Below the pieces are notes generated by a model. It did no database searches, was not told the origin of the DNA, and worked only from the letters and a program-made list of their open reading frames with translations. A DNA stretch of 64,000 nucleotides from Isurus oxyrinchus (taxonomy: Eukaryota). How positions within the stretch are numbered: position 1 is the first letter of the stretch; every line of letters begins with the position of its first letter. The stretch lies in assembly GCA_026770705.1 (NCBI GenBank), contig JANJGN010000012.1, forward strand, positions 76,322,001-76,386,000. The letters run 5' to 3'. Positions 49,996-61,619 of this stretch are shown here, piece by piece. A program made the position numbers and the translations under genes.

Positions 49996-50345
49996 TTTTT
50001 TTTTATTCATTCAAGGGATGTGGGCTTCACTGTCTGGGCTAGCGTTTATTGCCCATCCCTAGTTGCCCTTGAGAAGGTCGTGGTGAGCTGCTTTCTTGAA
50101 CCATGCAGGCAATGTGGTGTAAGTACATCCACAGTGCTGTTAGGAAGGGAGTTCCAGGATCTTGACCTAGAAGGAATGGTGATATATTTCCAAGTCAGGA
50201 TGGAGAGTGACTTGGAGGGAAACTTCCAGGTAGTGGTGCTCTCATGTGTTTACTGCCCTTGTCCTTTTAGATGGTAGGGGTCGTGGGTTTGGAAGGTGCT
50301 GTCTAAGGAGCCTTGGTGAATTCCTGCAGTGCATCTTGTAAATGA
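49996..50345 (-). mobile_element. 3'-terminal fragment of the same LINE family
   Basis: ttcattcaagggatgtgggc...tttattgcccatccc...gcagtgcatcttgta matches 57510-57845. Confidence 0.8.
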
Positions 50346-52513
50346 TAGCTTTCACACATTCTCCCTGACTGCATAAAAAGCCACAATTCCTGGTGTTCCA
50401 TATGTGTTCCTTCTGTTCATAGGGTCTCTGAAGTGAATTGAGTGCTTTTAAAAGCTGAGTAGACATTTTAACATACTGCGCTGACTGTCTGAGTGTCTTT
50501 TCACAACACACTCTAAACTATCCATTCTCTGTGAAACAGTACATGGATTTAATGTTACAGTGATTTCATCAGTTTCAATTGTTAAAATTACAACATTGAG
50601 GCCACTGTATATTTTCAGTACTGTGGCACCAATCTGATGCATATTTTATTCCCCTGTTCTTCAACAGCCTTTCGAACTTATTCTTAAATGTTAACATGGT
50701 CTCTATTTCAATCACACACACTGGTGGTCCATTCACAGCCATGCAGCCCACTGTGTAAAATAGGTTTCTCTGTCCTAACTATCTTATATCTATGTCTTCT
50801 CATTCCCAAATTTTCAACAACTATTCCTATCTACTCTGTCCCATCGTGATATAATTTCAAACATCTCTCTCAAAGCATTCTCCTCTGTTCCTGTATCTAC
50901 AGCATTTCCAAGCACTCATCTTTCTTCTTGGTCTCTTGATCTTCAACCATTACCCTTGTTTGTAACCAGTCAATTTCTCATGGTGTAGTTCACAGGTAAT
51001 CTACGGTTTAGAGAATGGTTGCGAAGCTTAGACTCTAGTCGGACCTGCCCTGGCAACTCCACAACTCAAGCACTCCTGTTGGAAAGAAATTGAAACAGAC
51101 ATATCCTGGGTAACTATAGTCATGTTGAAACTCAAGGGCAATCAGAAAGCAACTGGTAGCTGCTGTAAATTTTAGATTCTTACACCTCACTCTGCTTTTA
51201 GTCCTAACTCCTCAATTTTAGGCTTGCATTCTCTGGCATTTGAATATGTGGGGGAAAAAAAACCGCTAAGTGAATTTGCTAAAAAAGTGTTAAACCACAA
51301 GTATACATTTGAAAGAAGTGTTTATCTCAAAAGAGAAGGCTGAATCTCATAAGCAGAGATAACAGTGTAAAAAGCCCCATGACATTTGGTCAGCCTTGTT
51401 AACACATATTTATGATTGGTGTAACAGGTCAGAGTTCTTCTTAACAGTCACCGTCAACCTTTCGGAGGCAATGTAGTTAGGACAGGTTCAGTGAAATGAG
51501 AGCAGTCATTCAGGATCAGCCAAAATCCAAAGGTGTTTACAGGACGGCAAGTAACAGCAGCCACACAATGCTTTCTAAACTTAGACTGAATAACTCAAGT
51601 CGAAGGGCTGCTAATGATTCAGGGACACTGGTCAGCAGATTTATATCCTTCTGTGTTGATTTCAAAAGTGATCCAACATTAACTCATGTTCTCAAAGTAT
51701 AAGGAATAATGTAAGAAATTTTTTTGAATTACACTATTCTACCAAGGGATGCACTGCATCCCCACCTCTTGCAGGAACATGAAATTACAGCATGACAAGT
51801 TTACATAGATAACTTCCATTATAAATGTGGGCTTGGGAATTTAGAATATAAAAATAAGAGCAGGTTGCATGACTTTACAATGGGACTGAATATGTCTGAG
51901 CTCCTTGGTCCAAATGGTCCTCTGCTCTCAAAACCTACTTCAGCTGAAGGCTGCAATTCAAGCAATGCAAATCGGCTGTTATATAATAAATGACAAAGAA
52001 AGAAAGCAAATCAATGTGAGCCTACAAAGAAACCTCTCAGCAATAGAAAATTCCAGGTATGTCAGGATCCCACATAAATTCTGATTACTCTTTACCAGAG
52101 TGAGAAATTTGCTGGGATTACATTTGCCAATCCCCTTCCTGAACTTAACATTGTCAATTAGATAACCTCACTTCCAGTGATCCAGTCTATTCAGTGCTGA
52201 AGGCAGGTGCTCAGTGAACGAGCTGAGAGTATCACACAACTCGATCCACATAGAACGAGTAAGAAAAGTGGGTGACATGATGATGTAATGCAACTAGGAA
52301 CTCCTCTACTGCTGCACACAAAATGGCAAAGGTGGCAAGGAGGTCCAACATCCACATTTAGATAAAGCCTTAACATAGAATTGGGATTGGCCTATTCTAT
52401 TGGAGTAGCATGATGCAGAGGGTCTGTTGTGTTTTTTTTTGCTTGAACCATTATTTGTATGTAGCGTACTATAAATACATGACCTAGTTTTGAAAAAGCT
52501 TTCGGAGCAGTAC

Positions 52514-52623
52514 CTCCCCCTCCTCTGTGAAGATGGAATCAGCTTTCCGAGGATCAAAATGTTTGATCAGCAAATTCTTCAAATGGTTTTCAACAGTCTC
52601 CTGAACATGCGATGGTTCAACCC
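52514..52623 (-). CDS. NELFCD: NELFCD exon 4
   Basis: ttctcag|GG to GAG|gtactg. [37 protein letters not shown]; 110 nt. Confidence 0.97.
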
Positions 52624-53238
52624 CTGAGAAAGAAAGAGGCACAAGCTGCAACAGATTTCAGACAAATGAAACAGGTATATGGGCCTGTATCTAGGCAACA
52701 CAACATTGTCTAGCCAGATATAAAGATTTGAGGGAAAAGGTTAAGCTCACCAAAACCCAAGGACTTAGGATAGGGGTGGGTACAAACCAACTCAACCACA
52801 CCAAAGGACTTGGACCTCACAATCCAGGCCAGCCAGACACAGGGATATAAGCCAGAGGACAACCCAACAAGCTCCCCCCATAGCTCAGAGAGTTAATGGT
52901 GGGATCTCCCTCTGCCTCCGCCCATGGATTAAGGAGTTGGCGGTGGGGGGGTGGGGGGTTGCGAGTTTACATCACCCCTGACCCCTTTTAATTCCCACTC
53001 TTATAGGAGGCTGATAGGGAAACAAACTCAGAGGAGAGCCAAGCCTGAATATCTCCTAAACCACAGGTGGCAGCTACTGAGAGCACATGGGCACAGCATG
53101 GCACTCTCAGAGCACCAGCAGAAAGAATCTGATGCCTTCCATAAGGATAAAATAGTGAGTTATCCTCAAAACATCAAATATGTGTTCAATTTGTATTTCT
53201 CAGCTTTATCAGATTACCCAGTATTGGTCAGACATTAC

Positions 53239-53348
53239 CTGTCTGAATCAGCCACTCTGCCAGCAGGTTTACAGTCTGCGCTACTGCTGTATAATTCTCA
53301 GAAAGCATCTGGATGACATGTTCTGGAGAACCCCCAGCCTGGAAGTAC
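53239..53348 (-). CDS. NELFCD: NELFCD exon 3
   Basis: ccacag|G to ACAG|gtaatg. [36 protein letters not shown]; 110 nt. Confidence 0.97.
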
Positions 53349-53371
53349 CTGTGGAAATGAAACGATACAAT

Positions 53372-53731
53372 CAGGGTCAGACACCGTCACGTCCCACACG
53401 GCCCAGAGTCAGACACCGTCACGTCCCACACGGCCCAGAGCCAGACACCGTCACGTCCCACACGGCCCAGAGCCAGACACCGTCACGTCCCACACGGCCC
53501 AGAGCCAGACACCGTCACATCCCACACGGCCCAGGGTCAGACACCGTCACATCCCACACGGCCCAGGGTCAGACACCGTCACGTCCCACACGGCCCAGGG
53601 TCAGACACCGTCATGTCCCACATGGCCCAGGGCAGACACCGTCACATCCCACACGGCCCAAGGTCAGACACCGTCACGTCCCACACGGCCCAGGGTCAGA
53701 CACCATCACAGCCCACACAGCCCAAGGTCAG
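53372..53731. repeat. 32-bp minisatellite, about 11 copies
   Basis: Unit CAGRGYCAGACACCGTCACRTCCCACACGGCC with starts at 53372, 53404, 53436 and onward. Confidence 0.95.
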
Positions 53732-54804
53732 CTCTATGGTTCAGTGTGTGTCCACCAGAGATGACAGTAGCACTGTAACTGCTTTGTACTTTGTGAATTG
53801 TATTATTTTTCCTGATAATATAGCCTATAAAGCCTGAGGGATGTTCCAGATGTCGTGTAGCTGATGAAAACGGCTGATTGGACTTTGTGTTAATATGATA
53901 GTCAATTAACTGAAATTTAATCTAGGTTTTAGATGTTAAGTTTGAATCTTTTCAATAACTTTTACTAGGTTACATCGCCAGAATGCTCTGGTTACATCTC
54001 CTGTTCAATGTCAAGATTTGAAATTCTTGAGTAGATAAAATAGTTGGAGGTTTGGTGCCACACTGTGGTCAGGAGTAGATACTGCAAACTCATAAGACGT
54101 TCAAAAAAACCTTTGACAGGGTTCCTACATGGAAGACTATGGAAAAAGATCAAGCGGTATGGAATTCGAGGGGTGGTAGCAAGTTCTATGAAAAACTGGC
54201 CAGAAGGGAGGACACAGTGAATATGAAAAATGGGCAGTAAAATGAGCAGCGTGGTTAGAAGTGAGTATCGCAGGGCTTGGTTCTGGGACTGTTCACTGGC
54301 CTTAAGTGTCTTTAAGTAATTGAAAGGGTTTTATCGAACTAACAAGATGCAAAAAGCTAGACTGAATTTCCAAAGGGGGTCTTTGTCAATGCATTGGAAT
54401 TGCAGAAATGAGGGTCCTGCTGAGAGTTAGATGTGTGCCAGAGGACTGGAGAGAAAAAAAAACAATGTAGTAACCATTGTTGGGAAGGAAACAGTTAACT
54501 CTCATGGAATTTAATGGTAATTATTAGTTAACAAGCTAAGTACCCATTTGGTATGTATAAAAAGGGAAAACAAGTGAGAGAAGTTCTGGGTAGAGTTTTA
54601 TTCCCCAGGATAAAACTCTGAAGGAATCAGTCTTGGTCTCTGTCTTTATTGTCAAGCAGCCATTGCAGCTTAACAGCCATATCTTTAAAAAAAAATTGGA
54701 GAGAGAACTCATCCAAGTAATTATAGACCAGATAGACTAACATCCATGCTGGGGGCAACTTTGAAAACTTCAATTAAAAAATTAAATTATAAATAACTCG
54801 ATGA

Positions 54805-55215
54805 AAAGAACATACAAATTAGGAGCAGGAGTAGGCCACTAGACCCCTCCAGCGTGCTCTGCCATTCAATAAGGTCATGGCTGATCTGGTTATAACTTCA
54901 ACCCCACGTTCCCACCTACCCACACCACCTCCCCCCCACCTCCCCGATTACCTTTCACCCCCTTGCTTATCAAGAATCTATCTCCCTCTGCCTTAAAAAC
55001 ATTCAAGGACTCTGCTTCCACTGCCTTTTGAGGAAGAGTGTTCCAAAGACTCTCAACCCTCAGAATAAATTTCTCATCTGTTTTAAATGGGCAACCCCTT
55101 ATTTTTAAACATTGACCCCCTAGCTCTAGATTCTCCCACAAGAGGAAACATCCTTTCCACATCCACCCTGTTAAGACCCCTCAGGATCTTACTCTTCTAA
55201 ACTCCACTGGATACA
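54805..55215 (-). mobile_element. CR1 LINE 3' end
   Basis: LWNTLPQKAVEAESLNVFKAE; tail ggagggggtctagtggcctactcctgctcctaat-like. Confidence 0.85.
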
Positions 55216-56442
55216 AGCCAGAGCTTGTAGAAGCATTCAACAGGGATTTTTGAAAGGAAAATCATACTTGGTAAACCTAAGTTCTTTGAGGAGGTGACAG
55301 GTGTGGTGGAAGATGGGGAGTGCAGTGGATGTGGGGTACTTGAGCATTCAGAAAATCTTTGATAAGGCAGCACAGAAGGGCCTATTGGCTGAATTCGGGG
55401 AGGGTAGCAAAGTGGATGAAAAACAGGTTAGAAGGGAAGGCAGTTTCTCAGAGTGGCTGAAAGTGGATGGTCCACAGAGTACTGCTCTGGCACCACTTCT
55501 GCTCACTTTTAATTATACAAAAATAGCACATAATCCAATAGATGTTAAATAAAAATGATGTTAAAAAATAAATTTTTTTTTGGATGTTGGAGGGGTATAG
55601 GAGTGAGAATACGTTCAGCATTTGTGCACTTGTAAGGAACTATTTACCTTTTCCTTGTTCTGGATTGGATTAGATCTAAACTGGATCTCAGATTGGCTAT
55701 ATCCTCCTCGACGAGCATCAGATGCAGCCGGCTGCTGGTTCATGCTTCAGGGTCATTCCCAGTCGTGGAAGTTGATCCCCTTGCTCTATCTTTAAAACTC
55801 AATATCAAGATCCCCACTAGCCTGCTACATAGAATTTACAGCACAGAAACAGGCCATTCATCCCACTGGTCCGCTGCTGACATTTATGCTCCACACAAGC
55901 CTCCTCCCAACTTTCTTCATCTAACCCTATCAGGTTTTCCTTCTAGCGAGTAAGGGCGTCACTAGTGTGATACTGAGACAAAAGGTTTAATACTAGTCTG
56001 TGCCAAATTAACTGATCTCAACTGGGAACACTCAATAGTCCAGTTCCTTACATGAAGAACAGATACGTGTCAGGTGGGGGAACTGCACAAGGGCAGGAGG
56101 CACTGGTTATATAGTGGGTTTAATACTTGGAGAACAGGATTGCCCGTGTATCTGTCCAAACATTTGTAAAGTCTGTACATCATCACTGTTACAACATACA
56201 AACTGCAAACTAAATACACGATGTAGGGGGAACAGACAGAAAGAGAGTGTTGCTGCCGTTAGCATTTTTTTTTGACAAAGCCTGTTAAGCTAAAACTTAC
56301 CAAAAAGGGATAAAAAAAATTCTGGAAGCTTCTGTCCACAGAGTGAGTGAAGCAATATGGCATGTGATTGGTTTCTAGTTGTGAATGAAGCCATGCTGGG
56401 TGTGACCAGTGTCAGACTGGTTCAAAGCTGCATGTTTGTTAC

Positions 56443-56558
56443 CTTTTCAGTGTGTTGAAAATAGGTGGCTCCATTATGTAATCTCGGCTGGAGAATTTTT
56501 GCAAGCACTCCTGCTGCACCTCTGCATCATCTTCACCTTCTCCTTCATCCTCATCATG
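56443..56558 (-). CDS. NELFCD: NELFCD exon 2
   Basis: cacag|CAT to AAAG|gtaaca. HDEDEGEGEDDAEVQQECLQKFSSRDYIMEPPIFNTLKR; 116 nt. Confidence 0.96.
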
Positions 56559-56769
56559 CTGTGTGAGAATATCAAATTGTTAGTGATGCCAGGGATGCAC
56601 TTCCCATGAAAGCCCCCTCCTTCTCTCTCTTTGTAGTTTTCCCCTCTTCTGCCTTGAGGTTGGTGATTTAAACTTCAAACCTGAAGCTTCGAAACCCAAA
56701 AGGATAGGTCATCCTAATGAGTGAGAACTTTTATTCTGATGGAAGAGTAAATAATAAGGTACAAAAACA

Positions 56770-57065
56770 ACATGCATTTATATAGTGCCTTTAACACTGT
56801 AAAATGTCCCAATGTGCTTCACAGGAGTGTTAGCAAACAAAATTGACACTAAGCAACATAAAGGCCAGGTGACTAAAAATTTTATTAAAGAGATTGGTTT
56901 TAAGCAGCGTCTTAAAGCGGGACAGAGAAGTAGAAAGGTTTACAGAGAGATTTCCAGAGCTTAGAGCTTAGACAGTTGAAAGCACAGCCACCCATGGTGG
57001 ACCAATGGTGACTGAGGATGCACAAGGCCAAAATTAGTGGAATGCAGAGATCTCAGAGCACTGTA
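56770..57065 (-). mobile_element. L2-like LINE 3' end sharing its tail with the Deu-type SINEs (similar piece at about 63745-63940)
   Basis: tgcatttatatagtgcctttaacac...atttccagagcttag; the terminal motif matches SINE tails such as gaaaggtgctaaataaatgca near 61465. Confidence 0.55.
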
Positions 57066-57143
57066 GGGCAGGAGGAGATGATTCCTGGGGGTGGGTCAAT
57101 ATACACAGTGGTCCCTGGGAGTGGGTCAGTATATACAGGGGCT

Positions 57144-57452
57144 AATACATTCTACTTCTTAACTTTATACCACTATCAGCACCTTCTTTATTCTTTAACA
57201 TTACCATTAACACTTCTTTGTCCTGTATCCATGACATCTTTGCCAAATTTCTTCTTAGCTCCCACCTATCCCTGACCTTCTGTTTTGCTCCATCTGCTGC
57301 ACTCTCTCTTAAACAGTATAAAATCCATCACATTTCTACTTCTCTTTAGCACTGAAGAAGAGTCATATGGACTCGAAACGTTAAGTCTGTTTCTCTCTCC
57401 ATGGATGCTGCCAAAACACCTGCATTTTTCCAGTATTTTCAGTTTTTAATAT
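57144..57452 (+). mobile_element. Penelope terminal-repeat fragment with intact hammerhead core, flanked by 14-bp direct repeats
   Basis: ctgaagaagagtcatatggactcgaaacgtta at 57352-57383; TATATACAGGGGCT at 57130-57143 and 57453-57466. Confidence 0.8.
57346..57388 (+). ncRNA. Putative minimal hammerhead ribozyme motif (canonical CUGAAGA core, stem I decayed)
   Basis: CUGAAGA 57352-57358, extra A, GAGUC-AUAUG-GACUC, GAAA 57375-57378, CGUU. Confidence 0.55.
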
Positions 57453-57507
57453 TATATACAGGGGCTCCCAGGCCATAGGTCAATATATACAGAGGGTCCC
57501 TGGGAGT

Positions 57508-60500
57508 TTCTTCATTCATTGACAGGATGTGGACATCATTGGCTAGGCCTGCATTTATTGCCCATCCCTAATTGCCCTTGAGAAGGTGGAGGGTGCTCTG
57601 CCTTCTTGAACAGCTGCAGTCCTTGTGGTGTAGGTACACCCAGAGTGCTGTTAGGGAGGGAGTTCCAGGATTTTGACCCTGCGACAGTGAAGAAACAAGT
57701 CAGGAAAGTGAGTGGCTAGATGGGAACATCCAGTTGGTTGTGTTCCCACGTGTCTGCGACCCTTGTCCTCCTAGATGGCAGTCGTCGTGGGTTTGGAAAG
57801 TGCTTTCTAAGGAGGCATGGTCAGTTCCTGCAGTGCATCTTGGTAGATGGTACATACTGCTGCCACTTTCATCGATGGTGGAGGGAGCGAATATTTGAGG
57901 AAGGGATGCTAATCAAGCAGGTTGCTTTGTCCTGGATGGTGTCAAGCTTCTTGAGTGTTGCTGGAGCTACACTCATCTCAGCAAGTGGAGAGTATTCCAT
58001 CACACTCCTGACTTGTGCCTTGTAGATGGTGGACAGGCTTTGGGGAGCCAGGAGGTGAATTACTCACTGCAGGATTCCTAGCCTCTGACCTGCTCTTGTA
58101 GTCACAGTTTTTATATGGCTAGTCCAGTTCAGTTTCTCGTCAACGGTAACCCCCAGGATGTTGATAGTGGGGGTTTCAGCAATGGTAAAGTCATTGAATG
58201 TCAAGGGGCAATGGTTAGATTCTCTCTTGTTGGAGATGGTCATTGCCTGGTACTTGTGTGGCGTGAATGTTACTTGCCACTTGTAAGCCTGGATATTGTC
58301 CAGGTCTTGCTGCATTTAGATGTGGAAAGCTTCAGTATCTCAGGAGTCGCGAATGGTGCTGAATGATGGAAGGAAGGTCATTGATGAAGCAGCTGAAGAT
58401 GGTTGGGCCTAGGATACTACCCTGAGGAACGCTTGCAATGATGCCCTAGAACTGAGATGATTGATCTCCAGCAATCATAACCATCTTCCTTTGTGCTAGG
58501 TATGACTCCAACCAGTGGAGAGTTTTCCCCCTGATTCCCATTGACTCCAGTTTTGCTAGGGCTCCTTGATGCCACACTTGGTCAAATGCTGCTTTGATGT
58601 CAAGGGCAGTCACTCTCACCTCACCTTGGGAGTTCAGCTCTTTTGTCCATGTTTCAACCAAGGTTGTAATGAGGTCAGGAGCTGAGTGGCCTGGCAGAAC
58701 CCAAACTGAGCGTCAGTCAGCGGGTTATTGCTAAGCAAGTGCCACTTGATAGCACTGTTGATGACCCCTTCGATCACTTTACTGATGGTTGAGATTAGAT
58801 GATGGCGAGGTAATTGGCCAGGTTGGATTTGTCCTGCTTTTTGTGTACAGGTCATTCCTGGGCAATTTTCCACATAGCCAGGTGGATGCCAGAGTTGTAG
58901 CTGTACTAGAATAGCTGGGCTAGGGCCGCAGCAACATCCGGAGCACAAGTCTTCAGTACTATTGCCAGAATATTGTCAGGGCTCGTAGCCTTTGCAGTTT
59001 CCAATGCCTTCAGCCATTTCTTAATATTACATGGAGTGAATTGACTTGGCTGAAGCTGGGTACCTCTGGAGGAGGCCGAGATGGATCATCCACCCAGCGT
59101 TTCTGGCTGAAGATTGTTGCGAATGCTTCAGCCTTATCTTTTGCACTGACGTGCTGGGCTCCTCCATCATTGAGAATGAGTACATTTGTGGAGCCTCCTC
59201 TTCCAGTGAGTTGTTTAATTGTCCACCACCATTCACGACCAGATGTGGCAGGACTGCAGAGCTTAGATCTGATCTGTTGGTTGTGGGATCACTTAGCCCT
59301 GTCTATCAATTGTTGCTTATGCTGTTTGGCACACAAGTAGTCCTGTGTTATAGCTTCACCAGGTTGACACCTTATTTTTAGGTATGCCTGGTGCTGCTCC
59401 TGGCATGCCCTCCTGCTCTCTTCATTGAACCAGGGTTGATCCCCTGGCTTAGTGGTAATCGTAGAGTGGGGGATATGCCAGGCTTTAACGTTACAGATTG
59501 TGGTTGAGTACAATTCTGCTGCTGCTAATGGCCCACTGCATCTCATGGATGCCCAGTCTTGATACATCTGTTCAAAATCTATCCCATTTAACACGGTGGT
59601 AGTGTCACACAACACAATGGAGGATATCCTCAACGTGAAGACAGGATGTCATCTCCACAAGGACTGTGCGGTGGTCACTCCTACCGATACTGTCATGGAC
59701 AGATGTATCTGCGGCAGGCAGGTTGTTGGGGATGAGGTCAAGTATGTTTTTCCCTCTTGTTGGTTCCCTCACCAGCTACTGCAGACCCAGTCTAGCAGCT
59801 ATGTCCTTTAGGACTTGGCCAGCTCAGTCTGTGGTGGTGCTACCGAGCCACTATTAGTGATGGAAATTGAAGTCCCCACCCAAAGTACATTCTGTGGCCT
59901 TGCCACCCTCAGCACTTCTTCCAAGTGGCGTTCAACATGGAGGAGCACTGGCTCATCAGCTGTGGTGGAGGTGTGGGGGGGTAGGTACATGGTAATCAGC
60001 AGGTTTCCTTGCCTGTGTTTGACCTGATGTCATGAGACTTCATGGGGTCCACAGTCGATGGTGAGGACTTCCAGGGGAACTCCCTCCCAACTGTGCCTGT
60101 CCTGCCGGTGTGGCAAGACATACCCAGGATGGTGATGATGGAGTCTGGGTCATTATCTGTAAGGTATACAGATAATGTTTACCTTACAGATAATGACTAT
60201 GTCAGACTGTTATTTGACTAGCCTGTGAGACAGCTCTCCCAATTTTGGCACAAGCCCCCAGGTGTTAATAAGGACGACTTTGCACGGTCAACAGGGCTAG
60301 GTTTGCCATTGTCATTTCAGGTGCCTGGGCTGATGCCGGGTGTTGGGTCTGGTTTCATTCCTTTTTTGTGACTTTGTAGTGGTTTGATATAACTGTGTGG
60401 CCTGCTAGGCCATTTCAGAGGGCACTTAAGAGTCAACCACATTGCCGTGGGTCTAGAGTCACATGTAGGCCAGACCACATCAGGACAGCAGATTTCCTTC

Positions 60501-60664
60501 CCTGAAAGACATTCATGAACCAAATGGGATTTTACGACAGTCAACAATGGTCATTATTAGACTTTTAATTCCAGATTTTTATTGAATTCAAATTCCATCA
60601 TTTGCCGTGGTGGGATTCAAACCTGGGTCCCCAGAGCATTACCCAGGGTCTCTGGATTACCAGT
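57508..60664 (-). mobile_element. Second copy of the tRNA-headed EN/RT LINE, in NELFCD intron 1, head 5'-truncated
   Basis: Collinear reverse-complement match to 11886-14842. B box GGTTTGAATCCC at 60612-60623. NTWGLVPKLGELSHRLVK, ALDIKAAFDQVWHQG, QQDLDNIQA motifs; same 3' tail. Confidence 0.9.
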
Positions 60665-61619
60665 ATATACAGGGGGTCCTTGGGAGTGGGTCAGTATATA
60701 CAGGGGGTCCCTGAGAGTGTGTTTGCATATAGCAGGAGTCCCTGGAATTGGGTCCGTATTTGTGGGTCACCTCAATGCAGGAATATTTGGTATCCATAAT
60801 AATTTGTCAGGAAGTCAGCTACTTTGTCTATGTTTAGATGATGTCATGTCTTTAACAAGAAAACACATTTCAAGAATGGAAATTAGTGGGATCGGCAGCA
60901 TCACTCATTGTCAGTGTATGAAAGAATGGTGAGGACGGAGCAGTAAACAGCACAGGCAACAGTGAACACTGTGCAGTGTTCTGAACTTTTAACATTAACC
61001 AGAAAATTATTTCTGTATATCAAGCATTTCCTCCTTCCATTCCACAATCTACTCTCCTTGGCTCCATGGACAACTCTGCTATTTAAATACAGGTGGCAGC
61101 ACAAACAACCCAACACCATCTTCATCTGACAATTTGTTCACTATCAGGAGGGGTGTACAGTTCGCAGCTAGGAATGAGAACTCTGGGTGATTCTTCCCCA
61201 AGCCAGCCCAGGAGTGCTGAGGCAATGACATATTTTAATATTTACCTGTCAATGAGGGATACACACTGGGCTTTGTCATATTCTAATAACAAACTCAAGC
61301 CCCTTGAGTCTTGGACCTTAACCAGCATGGTCATTACCACATTGCTGATATAGAGAGCTTGCTGTGCATAAATTATCTGCCAAGTTTCCGACACTGCCAT
61401 AGTGACTACACTCCAAAAAATACATCATTGGCTGTAATGCACTTTGACAGGTCCTGTGGTTGTGAAAGGTGCTAAATAAATGCATATGACAACACTCTAA
61501 TTGAGTACATATCTCTTTCATTAATGCTGGCAGATTTGATTAATGGTCACTAATTATATATTTTGCTGGGGAAAAGAGGGCCTGGGTGACAGTGGAGCAG
61601 GGGACAGGAGGACACTGGG

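Larger units (their letters stand above)
57080..60760. repeat. ~30-bp minisatellite split into three blocks (57080-57143, 57453-57507, 60661-60760) by two retroelement insertions
   Basis: Unit GGTCCCTGGGAGTGGGTCAGTATATACAGG recurs on all sides of the inserts. Confidence 0.75.

Noticed and set aside
53372-53731. CRISPR-like array (32-bp periodicity)
   Set aside because: Units are head-to-tail with no unique spacers, there are no cas genes, and the context is a vertebrate intron.
53180-53764. 194-aa repetitive ORF on +
   Set aside because: It is a by-product of the minisatellite and the antisense of NELFCD exon 3; no splice or domain support.
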